DNA of 64,000 nucleotides. It comes from the human T2T-CHM13v2.0 reference genome, Homo sapiens. Shown here in pieces: positions 32,342 to 46,858 of this stretch. Below the pieces are notes generated by a model. It was not told the DNA's origin. It ran no database searches and was given only the letters and a program-made list of their open reading frames with translations. The position numbers were made by a program, and so were the translations under genes. How positions within the stretch are numbered: position 1 is the first letter of the stretch; each line of letters begins with the position of its first letter. The stretch is from the NCBI RefSeq assembly GCF_009914755.1, contig NC_060932.1. One strand, 5' to 3'.

Positions 32342-33032
32342 TAATTCTCGATCCTTCAGGGAATCCTGCCGTGAACTTTCTCCCCAGATTAGGCTTCTCT
32401 TACTTGATCTCTGAAATCCCTTATACTTATTCACAGCACTACCCCCGGTTTGAATTTCATCTTTATTTCTCTAGTTATTTGATTGACGTCAGTCTCCCCT
32501 AGTCAGGGGGCAGTCCCACGGGGGCAGAACCCATGAATGCTTTTGCTCAGTACTGTATCTCCTCAGTCAGCACACTTGCCTGGAAGGCGGCAGGTGTTCA
32601 AATATTTGTAAATGAATCAAGCATTGATACAACGTGACCAAGTTTGCTCACTGGCCTCAACCATCATTCCCTTAAATGGCCTAATACTTCAGAACCACCC
32701 AATTCCAGGACCATCAAGCAGCCAAGAGGAGGAGGGAGGGGGTGCCTTCGATGGGCTTCCCAGACAAAATTCTTGAGCAAAGAATTGCTTTCGGCTTTCT
32801 TCTGTAATATCTTAGGCATCTTCAGTCTTGAGTTTTGTTTTTTTCCTGGTGCTAGTTTCCAGGTCTTGTGTATTCACGCTGGGGAATTCTGATGAACAGC
32901 AGCCAGGAGCCCCTTATCCCCCCACCCCAGGGGATATCATGATGATTCTCTTTGCAGAAAATGTTCCTGGGGCAAAGCATTGTGAATGCACCATGTCATG
33001 GGCCAAGGCAGCACCCCTAAAGAAGGAAGGAA

Positions 33033-33276
33033 TTTTTTTTTTTGAGACAGAGTCTCGCTCTGTTGCCTAGGCTGGAGTGCAGCGGCACAATCTCAGCTCA
33101 CTGAAACCTCTGCCTCCTGGGTTCAAGACAGTATGTCCGACTAATTTTTGTATTTTTTGTAGAGACAGGGTTTTACTATGTTGGCCAGGCTGGTCTCGAA
33201 CTCCTGACCTTAAGTGATCTGCCTGCCTCGGCCTCCCAAACTGCTGGGATCACAGTGTGAGCCACCACACCCGGCC
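33033..33276 (-). mobile_element. AluS with internal deletion in the right arm
   Basis: Alu consensus; TSD agaaggaaggaattttt. Confidence 0.9.
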
Positions 33277-35224
33277 ACAGAAGGAAGGAATTTTTAAATG
33301 AGGAAACTTTACAGAGTTTTCTGGAATGAAATAAAGATCCTGTATCAACTTCAACACTTGCATTTTATTTTCCTTAATCATTATTACATAACACATTCAA
33401 GGCAGGAATGAATATCCGTTTTGATAGATGGGGAAACTGAGACTGAGGGAGGCAAAGTGGTCTGCACAGGGCCACAATCATGAGCACTAAGCCAGCCACG
33501 GGCACAGCTAGAATCCAGCCCCAAGTCTTTCTCGTTCTGAAGACGAGGTTCTTTGTGTTTCCTACTCACAGCAAACATGAATGCTGGGAACAAGCTGCCA
33601 GGAGCTAAACAGCCGATCAAAAAGCCAGTGAAATGTGATTCGTATTATCTGTACTGGCCCAGCCTCTTCAGACACAAGCTGCACTCACATGGTAAGCTTC
33701 CTGGCTCAACAAGCCAGTGGCTGTTCTCTGGCAAAGGGCTCTCCAACGGGGAAGAGCAAACCCAGAATACATTGGGCCAAGAATGCTGCCAGGAGTCAGC
33801 AAAACACCCCAAGTCCTTTCTTTCTTCGGAGAGAGGTGTATGGAGAAGCCATTAGAATCCTGCAAAATGACTTTCACCTGCCCCTGACTCACACAAATTC
33901 ATTCTAAGATATTTCATTCTAAGAGAGCCACTTTCCCCCATTTTTACACCTCACCAATCAGGGTGTGTCTTACAATCAATGGTGTGTCACAGTTTAATCG
34001 GTAGGTTTTTTTTTTCCTTTCTTAGTGGTCTGGAAAATAATGGTGCATCTGACAATTGCTTGTATCCCAGAGTCAAATGAAACATGGGATATAAATACTA
34101 AAATACAAAATATAAATCCAGAAATGGACATGCAAGGTGACACTGGAGATTAGAATTTGGAATGAAAAATTCTGTCTTCCCAGCAAAAGGAGGCTATCCT
34201 CATTATCCCTTTATAAGTCATCTTCTACTCTTAATAACCCACAGTGGGTTTTGACTGATTCCCAAAAGAAAAATCCAACCCGAAATCAAAAGATAGATGT
34301 GATTAGATAAGACTGAAGGCTTTTAGCCTTAAAATTTTTCAAACAAACTCAATTTCCGTTATTTTTCAACCTACTGTGCCCCAGTTTCCCTTTACCTGTG
34401 GGATGTAAATAATAACAGTATTGAGCTCACAGGGCTGCTGGAAGGGGAAATGAACTAATCCACATGAAGCATTCAGAACAACGCCCGGCACGTGCTGAGC
34501 ACTCACTAAATGTCAGGCACTATCAGCTGCCACCACAGCATCTCTGAAGTTGTCCTTCTGACACTGGGTAGTTTAGCAGGTGATAGTATGCAGGGTAGGG
34601 TGGGTTTTTTTTGTTGTTGTTGTTTGTTTGTTTGTTTTTTAAAGAGAGCTTTCAGTTCAAGGTCCTTTTTGATGTAAGAAAATGCAAAAGATCCCATGAT
34701 TCTTTCACTACAAGTAAGAGTTTTATCATCAAGATTCTTCACTGGTCCCTGGGCAATCAGTTGTTTATCAAAGCAAAGGATAAAAAGAGACATTTCAGAG
34801 AACAACTAGAAAACGTCCCAGGCCAACCTGCAGCTCACCATCCAGAGTGTCTCCAACAGAGCATCCTCACGGCTCCAAAATGCTTCTTCCTTGGTGGTTA
34901 AAGAAATACTCCACCATCTGCCAACCTGACTACCGGATCCAGAAATTTACCATCGCCTTCAACTCTTCCTTCTTTCATTTGCATTTCTCCTAAGTAGCTC
35001 TTGAATCCACCTGTCTTCCTCTCTATCTCTGTGGTCACTTCCCTGAGCCCAGGCCACCATCATCTGTCACCTAGACAACAACCACCACTTGCTAACTGGA
35101 TGTCCAGTTAAGCCACAGTCTAATCCAAATACACACTGTCACGGTGGAATTATCTAGAAGCCAAAAAGGCTTCAAGGGCTTCAGCAGAGTCCTTTAATGT
35201 AGTAAACAAGGCTACAATCTGCAT

Positions 35225-35505
35225 TCTTTATAAGAAGCCAGTCATTGTAAATATGGTGCTTTCCTGTGTTCTGCAAGTCCTTCTAGAGAATTATTAAACT
35301 TGATGGGCGAGGGGGTCATAGAAAACCCCAAATTTGTGGTCGGCTGGGCAGAAGTGTGAGGAATCTGAGGACCCCACTTGTGGCTGGTGACTGAATTTGG
35401 GGCAGTCTCATGGGACTGAACTCTTAGCTTGTGGGGTCTACACTAACACTAGGTGTGTCATAACTGAATAGGACAGCAGCTGCAGTCAGAGAATTGATGT
35501 TGGAA
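35225..35505 (+). mobile_element. MER21-like LTR fragment
   Basis: tttcctgtgttctg...ggcagaagtgtg...ggggcagtctcatgggactga...tgtggggtct. Confidence 0.55.
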
Positions 35506-36260
35506 CATAAATGCATTCTTCGTGCTGGGGAGAGCTTGAGTGTAGATGCTACTTTTACCTCCTTAGCAGCTAACAGAGTCTAGCACAGAGGAGGCTTGTC
35601 ATACCCCTTTCCTGAATGAATGAATGAAAGAACAAACTAATAAATGGAGGCTGGAGTGTTTTGCAGGACTCATCTGCAGCAGTAAAGGATGTTTATGAAT
35701 GGAAGAATGGCACCAGGCGTGAATCAATTGGTCCTACAAAAACCATAAATGGCTGATGGGTTGCAACTCAAGAGAGGCAGCAACTGCTTCCCCACCCTGC
35801 CATTCCGTCAGGCTTTGCCCATCCCGTTAGTGTTCTCTAGGGAGATGAAAACCATATTATGCAAGGAATAAATATTTCAAGCAAGTTGTCTGTTTCCTTC
35901 TCTGCTGTTTTGTATTTGGTCGAAAATTAACGCTAAGAAAAATAGCTCCCGGCGTGCCTCCATACTCTATATACCTCTACCCTGCCCCTGAATGCAGCCA
36001 CAGGGAAGTCAGGTGCACTGCACCTTAACAGTCCTATTGTGTACAGGCACACCCAGGGCATTCTGAGACCAGAGTAGTGGGCAAGGCACTCAAGGAGTTG
36101 TGTCTACGTGAGGTTTTACTGGAGACAAGCTTTGCAAAGGAAGAGTTCACAGCTCTAGGCTTCTGGTGGATCTGTTTGGCTTGTGTTTACCTAGAATCCT
36201 CAGTTATAAAATACATCTAATAAATAGCCCGGCCTCTGAAGGCTACATACATTCACCTGA

Positions 36261-36567
<307 letters not shown>

Positions 36568-37544
36568 TTGGAGGAGATTTCTGAGTTAAATTCAGACATC
36601 TATGGATTCAGGTCAGGGGCAGCTTTCTGATGGTCACAATAGGTCTAAGGGTAAAATTCTAGCATCCCTGCTTCCACCCAGACAGAAGGGGTCTGGCTGT
36701 GCCTACATTCTGTATTTCCTCATCAGCCTTCTAAGCCCTGGGCTTGGCCTCGAAGAACTGGCTGGAACCATCCCACCCTCTGCTCCTTGTTCTTCCTCCT
36801 CACTCCACTGACATCCCTGTGGGAAGGAGAGCTCCTAGTACTATCCCTCCTCAAAAATCAATGGGGGTGGGGTTGCAGGGAATCTACACAGATTCAATTT
36901 TTACCATAGAGGCAGAGCCATTGATCCATTGACTGCAGGTCTCAGGGTCATTCTGAGAGTGCTTTCTGCTGGTTTTGTAAACACAAGAAACATTCCTGTG
37001 GGTGAGTGCATAGGCTGGATACGGCTGGGGGATGAGCAAACCACTGTGCCTAGAGGAAAGGATTCACATTTCACAGGCTTTTTCCAAGAAAGGAAGAATG
37101 ACGTGGAGAGGCATTTGGGGTCCACTTTGGAGTCTGATCAGAATCGAGGCCCAGTGATTGAACCATTCTGGAGGCAGGTCAGTGTGGGGTGGGGAGACGC
37201 GGTCCAGGAAGCCAGAGGCTGAGTAGCCAGGGGTCACTATGGTTCTCTATGCACACAGTCCACCCTTGGTGGGACGACAGCCCTGCCTCAAGGCTGTCCC
37301 TGGAGCATCACACACACAGTGTGACACGTCTACCCTTCACCACTGTTGCTGATGCTCCTTTCTAAATGACAAGAGCCATGTGTTGGTGCACGCTGTCCTC
37401 TCCACCTTGAATATCCCCTCCTCATTCTTCAACAGCTGACCCCTCATGCTCCTCCTCATTATCACTACCCTACCCCAAGGCTTAGTGAGGCTCCTTCCTC
37501 TCTGCCCCCAGGTTACACCTTTTGCTTATATTCATCCCAGCACT

Positions 37545-37916
37545 GGCTGGCAGGGTGGCTCACACCTGTAATCCCAGCACTTTGGGAGGCCAAGGCAAGA
37601 GGATCACCCGAGGTCAGGAGTTCAAGACCATCCTGCCTAACATGGCAAAACCCCGTCTCTACTAAAAATAGAAAAATTTGCCGGGTGTGGTGGCAGGCAC
37701 TTGTAATCCCAGCTACTTGGGAGGCTGAGGCTGGAGAATTGCTTGAACCCAGGAGACGGAGGTTGCAGTGAGCCGAGATCGTGTCACTGATCGTGATGGG
37801 GTTTTACCATGTTGGCCAGGCTGGTCTCGAACTCCTGACTTCAGGTGATCTGCCCACCTAGGCCTCCCAAAGTGCTGGGATTACAGGCATGAGCCACCAC
37901 GCCAACGCGCCCAGCC
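37545..37916. mobile_element. fused inverted Alu pair (+ Alu lacking its tail joined to a - left arm)
   Basis: orientation switches at about 37789-37795. Confidence 0.9.
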
Positions 37917-38289
37917 AAGCCAACTGTTAAAAATAATTAAAGAATTATTTTTTTCTCTCTGTATAAATATTTTAAACATTTATGAGAGCTACAAATCATA
38001 TAGCTTTTCTTGTGTATTTATACCCAAATTCACTGTGGCTTTGCCTATGAACCAGCCCCTACAAGAGAAAAAATTAAAGGGGGTTGCAGAGATTTCTCTT
38101 TGAAAGATAAGCAGAATCTTTAGAACTTACAAAGTCAAAAGGCTATACAGTTTCTTTATTTATTCCAAACTGACCTCCCATCATTTCAAATAAATAAAAT
38201 GCTCTATTTACTCCATGAACTGACTCATGTCAGGCTCTCGGCAAAGGTTCCAGTAAAACTCAAGACTCAAGGGACTGTGTCCTCAAAAG

Positions 38290-38575
38290 GCTGTGTACTA
38301 CATGATTCCATTTGTATAAAATGTCCAGAATAGGCAAATCCAGAGACAGAAGGCAGATGAGTGGTTGTCAGGGTCAGCGCGGGTGGGGAGACTGTGAAAC
38401 AGGGAGGGACTGCTTAATGGGCATGAGGTGTCTTTCGGGGATAATGAAAATGTTGTGAAATTAGATAGTGGCGATGGTTGCATAACACCATGAATGTACT
38501 AAAAGCCACTGAAACTTATACTTCAGAACGGCTAAAATGATAAATTCTGTGATGTGAATTTTACTGCAATAAGCA
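38290..38575 (+). mobile_element. L1M (L1MB-like) 3' end
   Basis: atgattccatttgtataaaatgtccagaataggcaaatcca...gtggttgtcaggg...tagatagtggcgatggttgca. Confidence 0.8.
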
Positions 38576-39586
38576 AAACAGTGACTGTGTCTTACCTTCC
38601 TTCCAAAGGTTTACTAGAAACTGTGCAAGCTGTTTCATAATCACAATGTTGAGAACTGGAAAGGATGATCCTTTTTAAAGTTGGGGAACCACTAGCCCAA
38701 CATCGCCATGAGGGGAAATAGAGGCCGTGTCAGCCCCAACCATCAAAGGAGACCTTTGTGCACTGGGTTTGCTGTAAATGACAGAAGCCACTTCAAAAGC
38801 CTCTTTGGAGCTGTTCAGTAAAATGCTCAGGGAACACCTGGGCACACTCAGGCAAGATAAACCACACAGACACCTCGCAGACAGACCTCCCAGGACAGAG
38901 GGACAGCAACAAGACTCCAAAAGCAACTTGAAGTTTTGGCAGCATGATCATCCACAGAGTGAAGTTCAACATTCAGTCAAGAAGAATCATTCTGATTACT
39001 TAATTGGAAGATCTGATACTTCTGAAATGAAACATTTCACAAACTCTACTGAAATAAGAAATACTTTTGATTTATTTTTTAAAAAATGAATCATTGGTTA
39101 TGGAAAGAACTATATGGTCTTGCAGACAGGACAAAGTTAAAGATGTTTTGCAAGCTTAACACAACCAAATCTGATTTGAGAATTATTTTGAGGCTTGCAG
39201 CTCTGTTTTGTTTGTGGCATAAATATATACATACATACATACGCAGGTATATATGTATGCAAAAATGCTTATTGACTGTGGAAATGACAGTTTAAGTCAC
39301 TCTGTATTTCTTTTTTCCATGAGTCTAATATTGAATTACGATGATTCAAAGGCTCTCAGAGTGTTGTGCTAACATCGTAAATGGCTAAACATCCAAAAAA
39401 GAAAACAATTAAAACACAACGCACACACAATTTTCTTAAAGTTGTGGAAAATTAGGTAGGCACAGTTGATTGTTTTGAGCTGGTAGAAAAACCTGGGCAG
39501 CTAGCAGAGGTCTGGACAACCACGGAAAGCCCACAGCAAGGACCACACCGTGAGCAGCCACCAGAGATTTGGGATGGTAGACTTAC

Positions 39587-39598
39587 CAAGAGTGTCCA
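39587..39598 (-). CDS. MTSS1: MTSS1 12-nt alternative microexon (adds VDTL at the I-BAR tip)
   Basis: tttctcaccgtgtgcccccccgccag|TGGACACTCTTG|gtaagt; phase 1-1 between exons 6 and 7 giving KAKK-VDTL-GRGD; a 4-aa insert isoform of MIM is established. Confidence 0.9.
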
Positions 39599-40207
39599 CT
39601 GGCGGGGGGGCACACGGTGAGAAAGTGCAGGATACACAATTGACACAAAAAGGAAAATAATAAAGTCAAACTGGTATTCAAGCAGCAGCAGTCTTACCTT
39701 TGTTTCATGTGTTAAACAGTCCATGGCTCGCCACCAAATTTTCTATTAGGGCTGATTAAACCCACATCCACATTCCCCTTCTCTGCCTTACTAATATCTT
39801 CCTTCCTTCTCATCTAAACAAAACCTTCCCAGTTAGTAATGACCACCCCTAGAGAAGACAGCAAGGATTTTTAAAAAGAGAGATGAAGAATATATACCCA
39901 GAAGAAGCCAAGCTTTGGCAAGAAAACCTTTCGAGTGTCATTTACCATCACTTGAAAAATATCTAGGAAATTCCTAGGAAACAAAGCTTAGGGTGGGATG
40001 AAAATGGAAAAAAAAAATTAAAGAGTTTAAAATTGTAGTATAACAGCAAATACTATGCTCGTATAGAACTCTGTGAGTCTGTTTATTACATTTATAACAT
40101 TGGCTTTGCAGCCTCTAGTGGAAAGTGAGAGAGTCAACTATTTACATGTCAGCTGTGCAGTTAACATATTATAATGTTCCAGTTCTCTCTCTCTCAAGAA
40201 AAGTCCC

Positions 40208-40343
40208 TGCTGGGCGCAGTGGTGTGTGCCTGTAATCCCAGCTACTAGGGAGGCTGAGGCGGGAAGATCCCTGAAGCCCAGGAGTTTGAGGTCAGCCTAG
40301 GCCACCTAGTGAGATGCTGACTCAAAAAAAAAAAAAAAAAAAA
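40208..40343 (+). mobile_element. monomeric Alu (FLAM/FAM-like)
   Basis: single 7SL-derived arm with poly(A) tail. Confidence 0.8.
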
Positions 40344-40401
40344 TCAAGACTTCTTAGATTTAATGATGTCATGGTAATAAGTGGAACAATGACCATAATA
40401 A

Positions 40402-40789
<388 letters not shown>

Positions 40790-43700
40790 CAGAATTAATT
40801 TTTAATTCACATTGATAGTAACATGGGAGTTAAATGAGAATAAGGCTGCTGAGTTCATACGGTTGGGTGGCACACGTAGGTAAATACAATGTAAAACGCC
40901 TCTCATTTCTGATGCTCTCTCTTACTTTTCCCCATTGGGTCGTGGTCAACTCCAAGACCTCCAAGGCAATAAGCTGATTATCATGGAGCAGGAAGAGGGC
41001 TCAAGAGACACTGTTCAGAGCCTGGGGTTACTGGGTCCGCTCCACACCATCTCCCCAGCATCCTGCCGCCTCCGTCCCTCCACCTGTCGGCAATGCTGGC
41101 TCTGCCCCGTGCTCTTGACCCTGTGCACGAGCCCAGAATTTCTCTGAGGGTGAGGACTGGCTAACTCCTTGCCTCGTGTTTACTTCTAGTAGGCATCTGA
41201 CAAGCTTGCCTTCAAGAAAAACAGGCACACTCATCCACAGCCATAGCATATCCCAAGCTGCTAAAAAATGATTTTGAGATAAAACCTACCAAAGGCAAAC
41301 CATTGAAAGTTTCTTGAAGGAAATATTTAAACACCTTTAGATTACAAACCACCTCTCTATATAGTAAGAAAGAGTCGAAGAATGTGATAAAAGGTGGTAT
41401 CTGCAGAGTAAGAAGGAAAGTGAGCCGCTCACAAAAATCACATCCGTGTGTGTCTGCCCACGTCAAGGATGGTGGTAAAACCATGCTTACATGCACAAAG
41501 GCACTTGAAATGCTAAAAGGAGAGTCCAGAGAATTTTTAGATCAAAGATCAGAGTTTTTGAAAAAGGCATGGCAGGAAGCTGCTTGAGAATCTCCTGGAA
41601 ACATATTAAAAAGGAAGTGATTATCTGGCTGCATACATCAGATTCCGTCTATCAGGACAAAAAAAAAAATGTATCCAAAACCTTCATCCATCCGAACGCG
41701 TGGTGCGTCAAAAGGAACTGCTAACACTTTTACAAACCGAGGGTCCGGGAATCTGCCACTTGAAGGAGATGAAACAGATCCCTCGAGGTGTTCTAGTAGA
41801 AAGGGAAATGTCAGCTAACCAGACCCCTAAACAACTGAAAGCCTCAAATGACCAGATTTCTTCCAGCCCTTAAGTGAGTTGTGTTTTCTTCAGTCCATTC
41901 TCAGCCATACATATGCCTCCTAGGAGAGCTCTCCATAAAAGATTCCAGTCCGAATGTGACTCTAGTACCTTTCAGAAGGCTGCTTTCATCCCAGAAATAT
42001 ACAAATAGAACACCTGGTCCAAAACTGCACTTACTGATTTTAGAAAAAAATCTTTATAAAGGACAGAAATAAAAATTATTTTCTGGTGGTATCTTGAAGT
42101 AACTAGAAATTCTCTAGAACATTCCAAGCTATGGATCTGACCGATCTCGTGGACCTAAGTCCACCGTGTGGAAAAGACACGGTGCCAGAGACTGCTGGTG
42201 TGAGGCTGTGGCTGAGAAGACAGATGCTTCAGAAACCCCTGATCCCAACCTCCATTCTCTCATCTGTCAGGCCAATGTGCCCTAAGAAACCACACAACTG
42301 AATGCCAATCATTCCCAAGTCCCAGGGCCAGATGCCTCTCTTCATGTTATGCACAGTCCAGCATTCTATGGGTCCCATATCTTCCTATCCAGCCTTGATA
42401 GGGAGCTCATTATCCTGCAGGCAGCCCGAGCCAGTGCTAGGAAGGTCTAATTGCCAGAAACTTCTTTTGATGTTGCATTGCAATCACCCTATCAGGCTTC
42501 ACCCAGAGGTATAAATTCTGCTAATTGGGCAATGCCAGTGACTTTGAGTGACAGAGGACAACCAATTCAGCCTCCATGCAGAACTTAGATAAAAGGATTA
42601 TCACTGTAGCCAAGAACTTAGGGCCTCTGAAAACTGAGTGGTGGAAGAGCTGAGGGAAAACAGCCACTTTTTCTTCCTTCATCCTTTTCACCAAACTCCC
42701 AAACCTTTTCTAAGCCTAAGCATCTTCCCTGGACCACCTCTCCCAGCCCAGGAATCCTTCCTCTCTCAAAGCTGCCAACCTGTCAGTTATGTGGAGTTCA
42801 GCCCCGAACTGTGACCAGCCTGCTCTCCTCCGGGCCTCAGACTTCAGGGAATATGGTAGTAATTTTACTTATAAATGCTTACCTCTACAGTCACTAAAAT
42901 GTTACTATGTCACAAACCCTATTACTTGTCAAACACTAGCTCCCAGGTGCCCTGGTTAGATAGGATACAAATCTGAGAAGCTCCAGACTAAAATAAAACA
43001 TACGAAAGAAACTGCTGGGGCCAATGCTGATGGAAAATCTGATTGTGGGTAAAAATTCTGCTGCCTTTATCTCAAAATGGGTTTATGGTTGTTGTGAAAA
43101 TTCAGGGTGGGGGGCTCATTTTATAGAAATGTTCAAGGTTAAAAACTGTGTCCTATCATCACCCCACTACACACCACCCTCCACAATCCCATCTCTACAA
43201 ATGTGTCTTCTATTTCCAACAGAGAACGCTGGTTTAGGGGAGAGAAAATTCAGGCTGGGGGATCCCAACTCGAAAAGGTTGTCTCAAATTAATGGTAAAC
43301 ACCACCCACAGAGCAGCCTGACGGAAGAATCCCATCTTATCAGTTGTGAAGCAGCAGATTCAGAAACTTGGTGTCAAAGAAGAATAGACTGGAAGGAATG
43401 TCACCTTCTCTAGCTCAGGAGAAAGTCCCTACATTTTTAGGTGGTAGTAAAATGTCACAAGTGCTTGCAAAGTGGATGCTGCTAGATTTTTCTCTTCAAA
43501 CTCCCAGTCCATTCTGGAGGAACAAAGGTGGGTCAAAGATCTGACGATTCATTTGTTTGTGAGGGAGGATAAACAAGGATGTGGGGGAAAGGCATCTTGC
43601 CTGGTTGTGCTCAGTGGTAGATTATCAAGCTCCTCCCTCATGAACACCATGGAAAATCCCCTGTATGGCCATGACTCCCAGCTTCCCCTGCACCCATTCC

Positions 43701-44122
43701 TAGCATTCTCACAAGACTTAATAAAGGGTTTTGAAGATTATAGGCTGTGAAAGCTGCAGGAGAAAATGACATAATTTCTGTAATAATTACTAGAGAACAT
43801 TTGCATAAAGGCCTTTCTGCATTATCCCAAGGCTTCTAAGAAATTTATAGGTATCATTACGAAGCACAATAGGCATGGAAACTGTCAAACTTGGAAGACA
43901 AAGGTGGGGGAAGGAACACGTCAAGTACCACTTGGCAAAGGCCTCAAATTAATACCTATTCTGCACTTTGAGAATGTGAACTCAGATAGGTCCTATTTGC
44001 TCCCACCTGTTTTCCAGGGCCGTCATACTTAAGGAAGTCTCTGAAGTGAACACCTTTCACTTCAAAAACAAATCAAGTACTCCATCAGGAAGTAACATCA
44101 GTGGCAGAATTTTAGGAGTTAC

Positions 44123-44197
44123 CTTTTTTTGCTTTCTTCTGCAGTTTCAGCGTATCCGAGGACTTCTTTTTTATCTCTTGGCGGGCTTTCTTATATT
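44123..44197 (-). CDS. MTSS1: MTSS1 coding exon 6 (basic I-BAR tip)
   Basis: tttctcttag acceptor, AAG|gtaact donor; 75 nt (E)YKKARQEIKKKSSDTLKLQKKAKK. Confidence 0.96.
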
Positions 44198-44432
44198 CTA
44201 AGAGAAAGCAGAATATGGAACAATTTTACCACTTTGCTTAACAGAAAATATGTTAGGTAGGAAACAGCCATTACATTTATCACAGAAAGCATAAACTGTG
44301 ACATGCCGTCAATGGCTTTATCAGAATACAATATGATAATCTCATGATGACATTTACAACAAAGGGGCTAGAGACACGAAAACAAAATGCACAGTGGTCT
44401 TGCCCTGTCATATTCACTCATACCAGCTTTGA

Positions 44433-44740
<308 letters not shown>

Positions 44741-46087
44741 CGGGGAATACTTTAGTAAAAATGAAAAAAATTCACAATTTCTCAGCTCAAGTATCCGGAA
44801 AGATTTTTCAATATTATCTACTTTCCCCGGGCCCAAATCCACAGTGTTTTGCAAAAACAAAAAAACAAACAAAAAACAAAAAACCCCTATGTGGAAAAGA
44901 TGCTGGGCAGATGTTAAAATCCAGAAAAAGTGTCTCATACAGCAGGAGAAGCTAGATCACACAGTGGGGAGACTGGGCAAGAAGAACCAGCTGCCTTACT
45001 TTCAGCATGAATCCTGTGGCTAGATACCACAAACACCTCAGAGGGGCAGTCCAAGTGCACCACATCCCCTGCCAAGCACTTCCTCCTCCACCACTGGCCC
45101 ATTCGCAGACTGCCCCATTTCTGTTGCTGGCATCCTCATCACCCAGACATAGACACCTGGGATGATGGTCACCTGTGACACTTTTCCCTTTGCTGCCCTC
45201 ACAGTCAATTAATTGCCAGCTGCTGTACATTTCACCTTGGCCAGCTCCCTTGCAGCCAGCTCTGAGGTTTCCCTTCTACTGGCCCTAAGCCTATTTATAC
45301 ACACCTGGAATCACTGTGCAGCGTGGCAGCTCTCCACTCTTTTCTGGCCACTCCCCCATCTTCCCTGCCTATCTGCACAGTTTTCTATCTGGCTAGGGCC
45401 CCTTCACTGCTCTAACGTCAGCGTGATGAAACCATGTACACCTACTGGGATCCCTCCAAATGGTGCCTCATTTTCTAATTCCTCAACCAAACCTCTCCAA
45501 CCTCTGGGGCTCCCTGTATCTCTCTCCCCCAACATCCTGTGCTCTGCCCTACAGTCTCTCCTCCCTCCCCCTACAAGCTCCCCAGGGGACGCAGCAGTGC
45601 CTGGGTCATGTCTGAGCATCTTGGGCTAGCAGAGTGGGTTGCGTGTGGCTGCTACTCGGGTCGCGCTCCCTGAGTTAAAGGCTGAATCGAAAAGATGAAG
45701 GAAGTGCTGTGTCACCGAGGCTGGGGGTTAGGAGCTTTGTACCCCACAACCTCTTGGCCCCTGTGCAGACAGGCCACTTAGCAGGTATGCAGGCCGGACA
45801 ATGGGTCTCAATTCACATTCAGGCCTAGGCTCTTCATCTCTGTATGTGACCCCAAAGAAGAAAATTGAGACGTGCTTCTCTGTATGCAGTGGGAATGGGA
45901 AGGAGGGGGAAATATTCCAAGAAAATCAAGGAACCTGTGTTTTATTGGATGAGTAGACCTCTCTGCAAGACCTGCTGCCTTCTCCTAATGGGCTCAGCAC
46001 AACTACTCTTATAAAAGGCCTTACACATCCTATTTGAAGTCTCAGCTTTGCTGTACCAGCAAAGGGGAACATTTAACAGAGTAGAAG

Positions 46088-46303
46088 GAGGCTCCTGCAG
46101 GGTGGTGGGGCCCAAAAGGCCTCAGAAGTCTGCACCGGCTCCTCACACAGACAGAGGGTGAGGAGAGACCTGCGCAGGAGAGCAGGTTCCCTGAGGGCAG
46201 GGGCCTGGCCGGATGGTTGTCTATGCATCCCCAGGGCCTCAACGAGTCCCTGGCATGCAGCAGATGCCTGACAAATACTCAGCCAATGAATGAGCCAAGT
46301 CAG
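46088..46303 (+). repeat. local direct repeat, copy 1 (partner 49868-50085)
   Basis: about 215 nt colinear with the second copy. Confidence 0.9.
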
Positions 46304-46537
46304 CCAACACAAAGTGAATTGGGCCAAACATAAACTATCAACTCTTTCCCCATCTGAAAAAAAATGTCAAATGGTTCTATTTTCTTTTACCCAATGAAAA
46401 GTACAGATGGATAAATCCCGTGAGCCTAAGAAAATTCATGATGTGATTAACACACAATGGGATCCAGTTAATCCTCTGAATTTGCCTCTCTCCCTAACTT
46501 CAAGTTAGGGTAGGGGGGATAAAAGATTATATATTAA

Positions 46538-46858
<321 letters not shown>

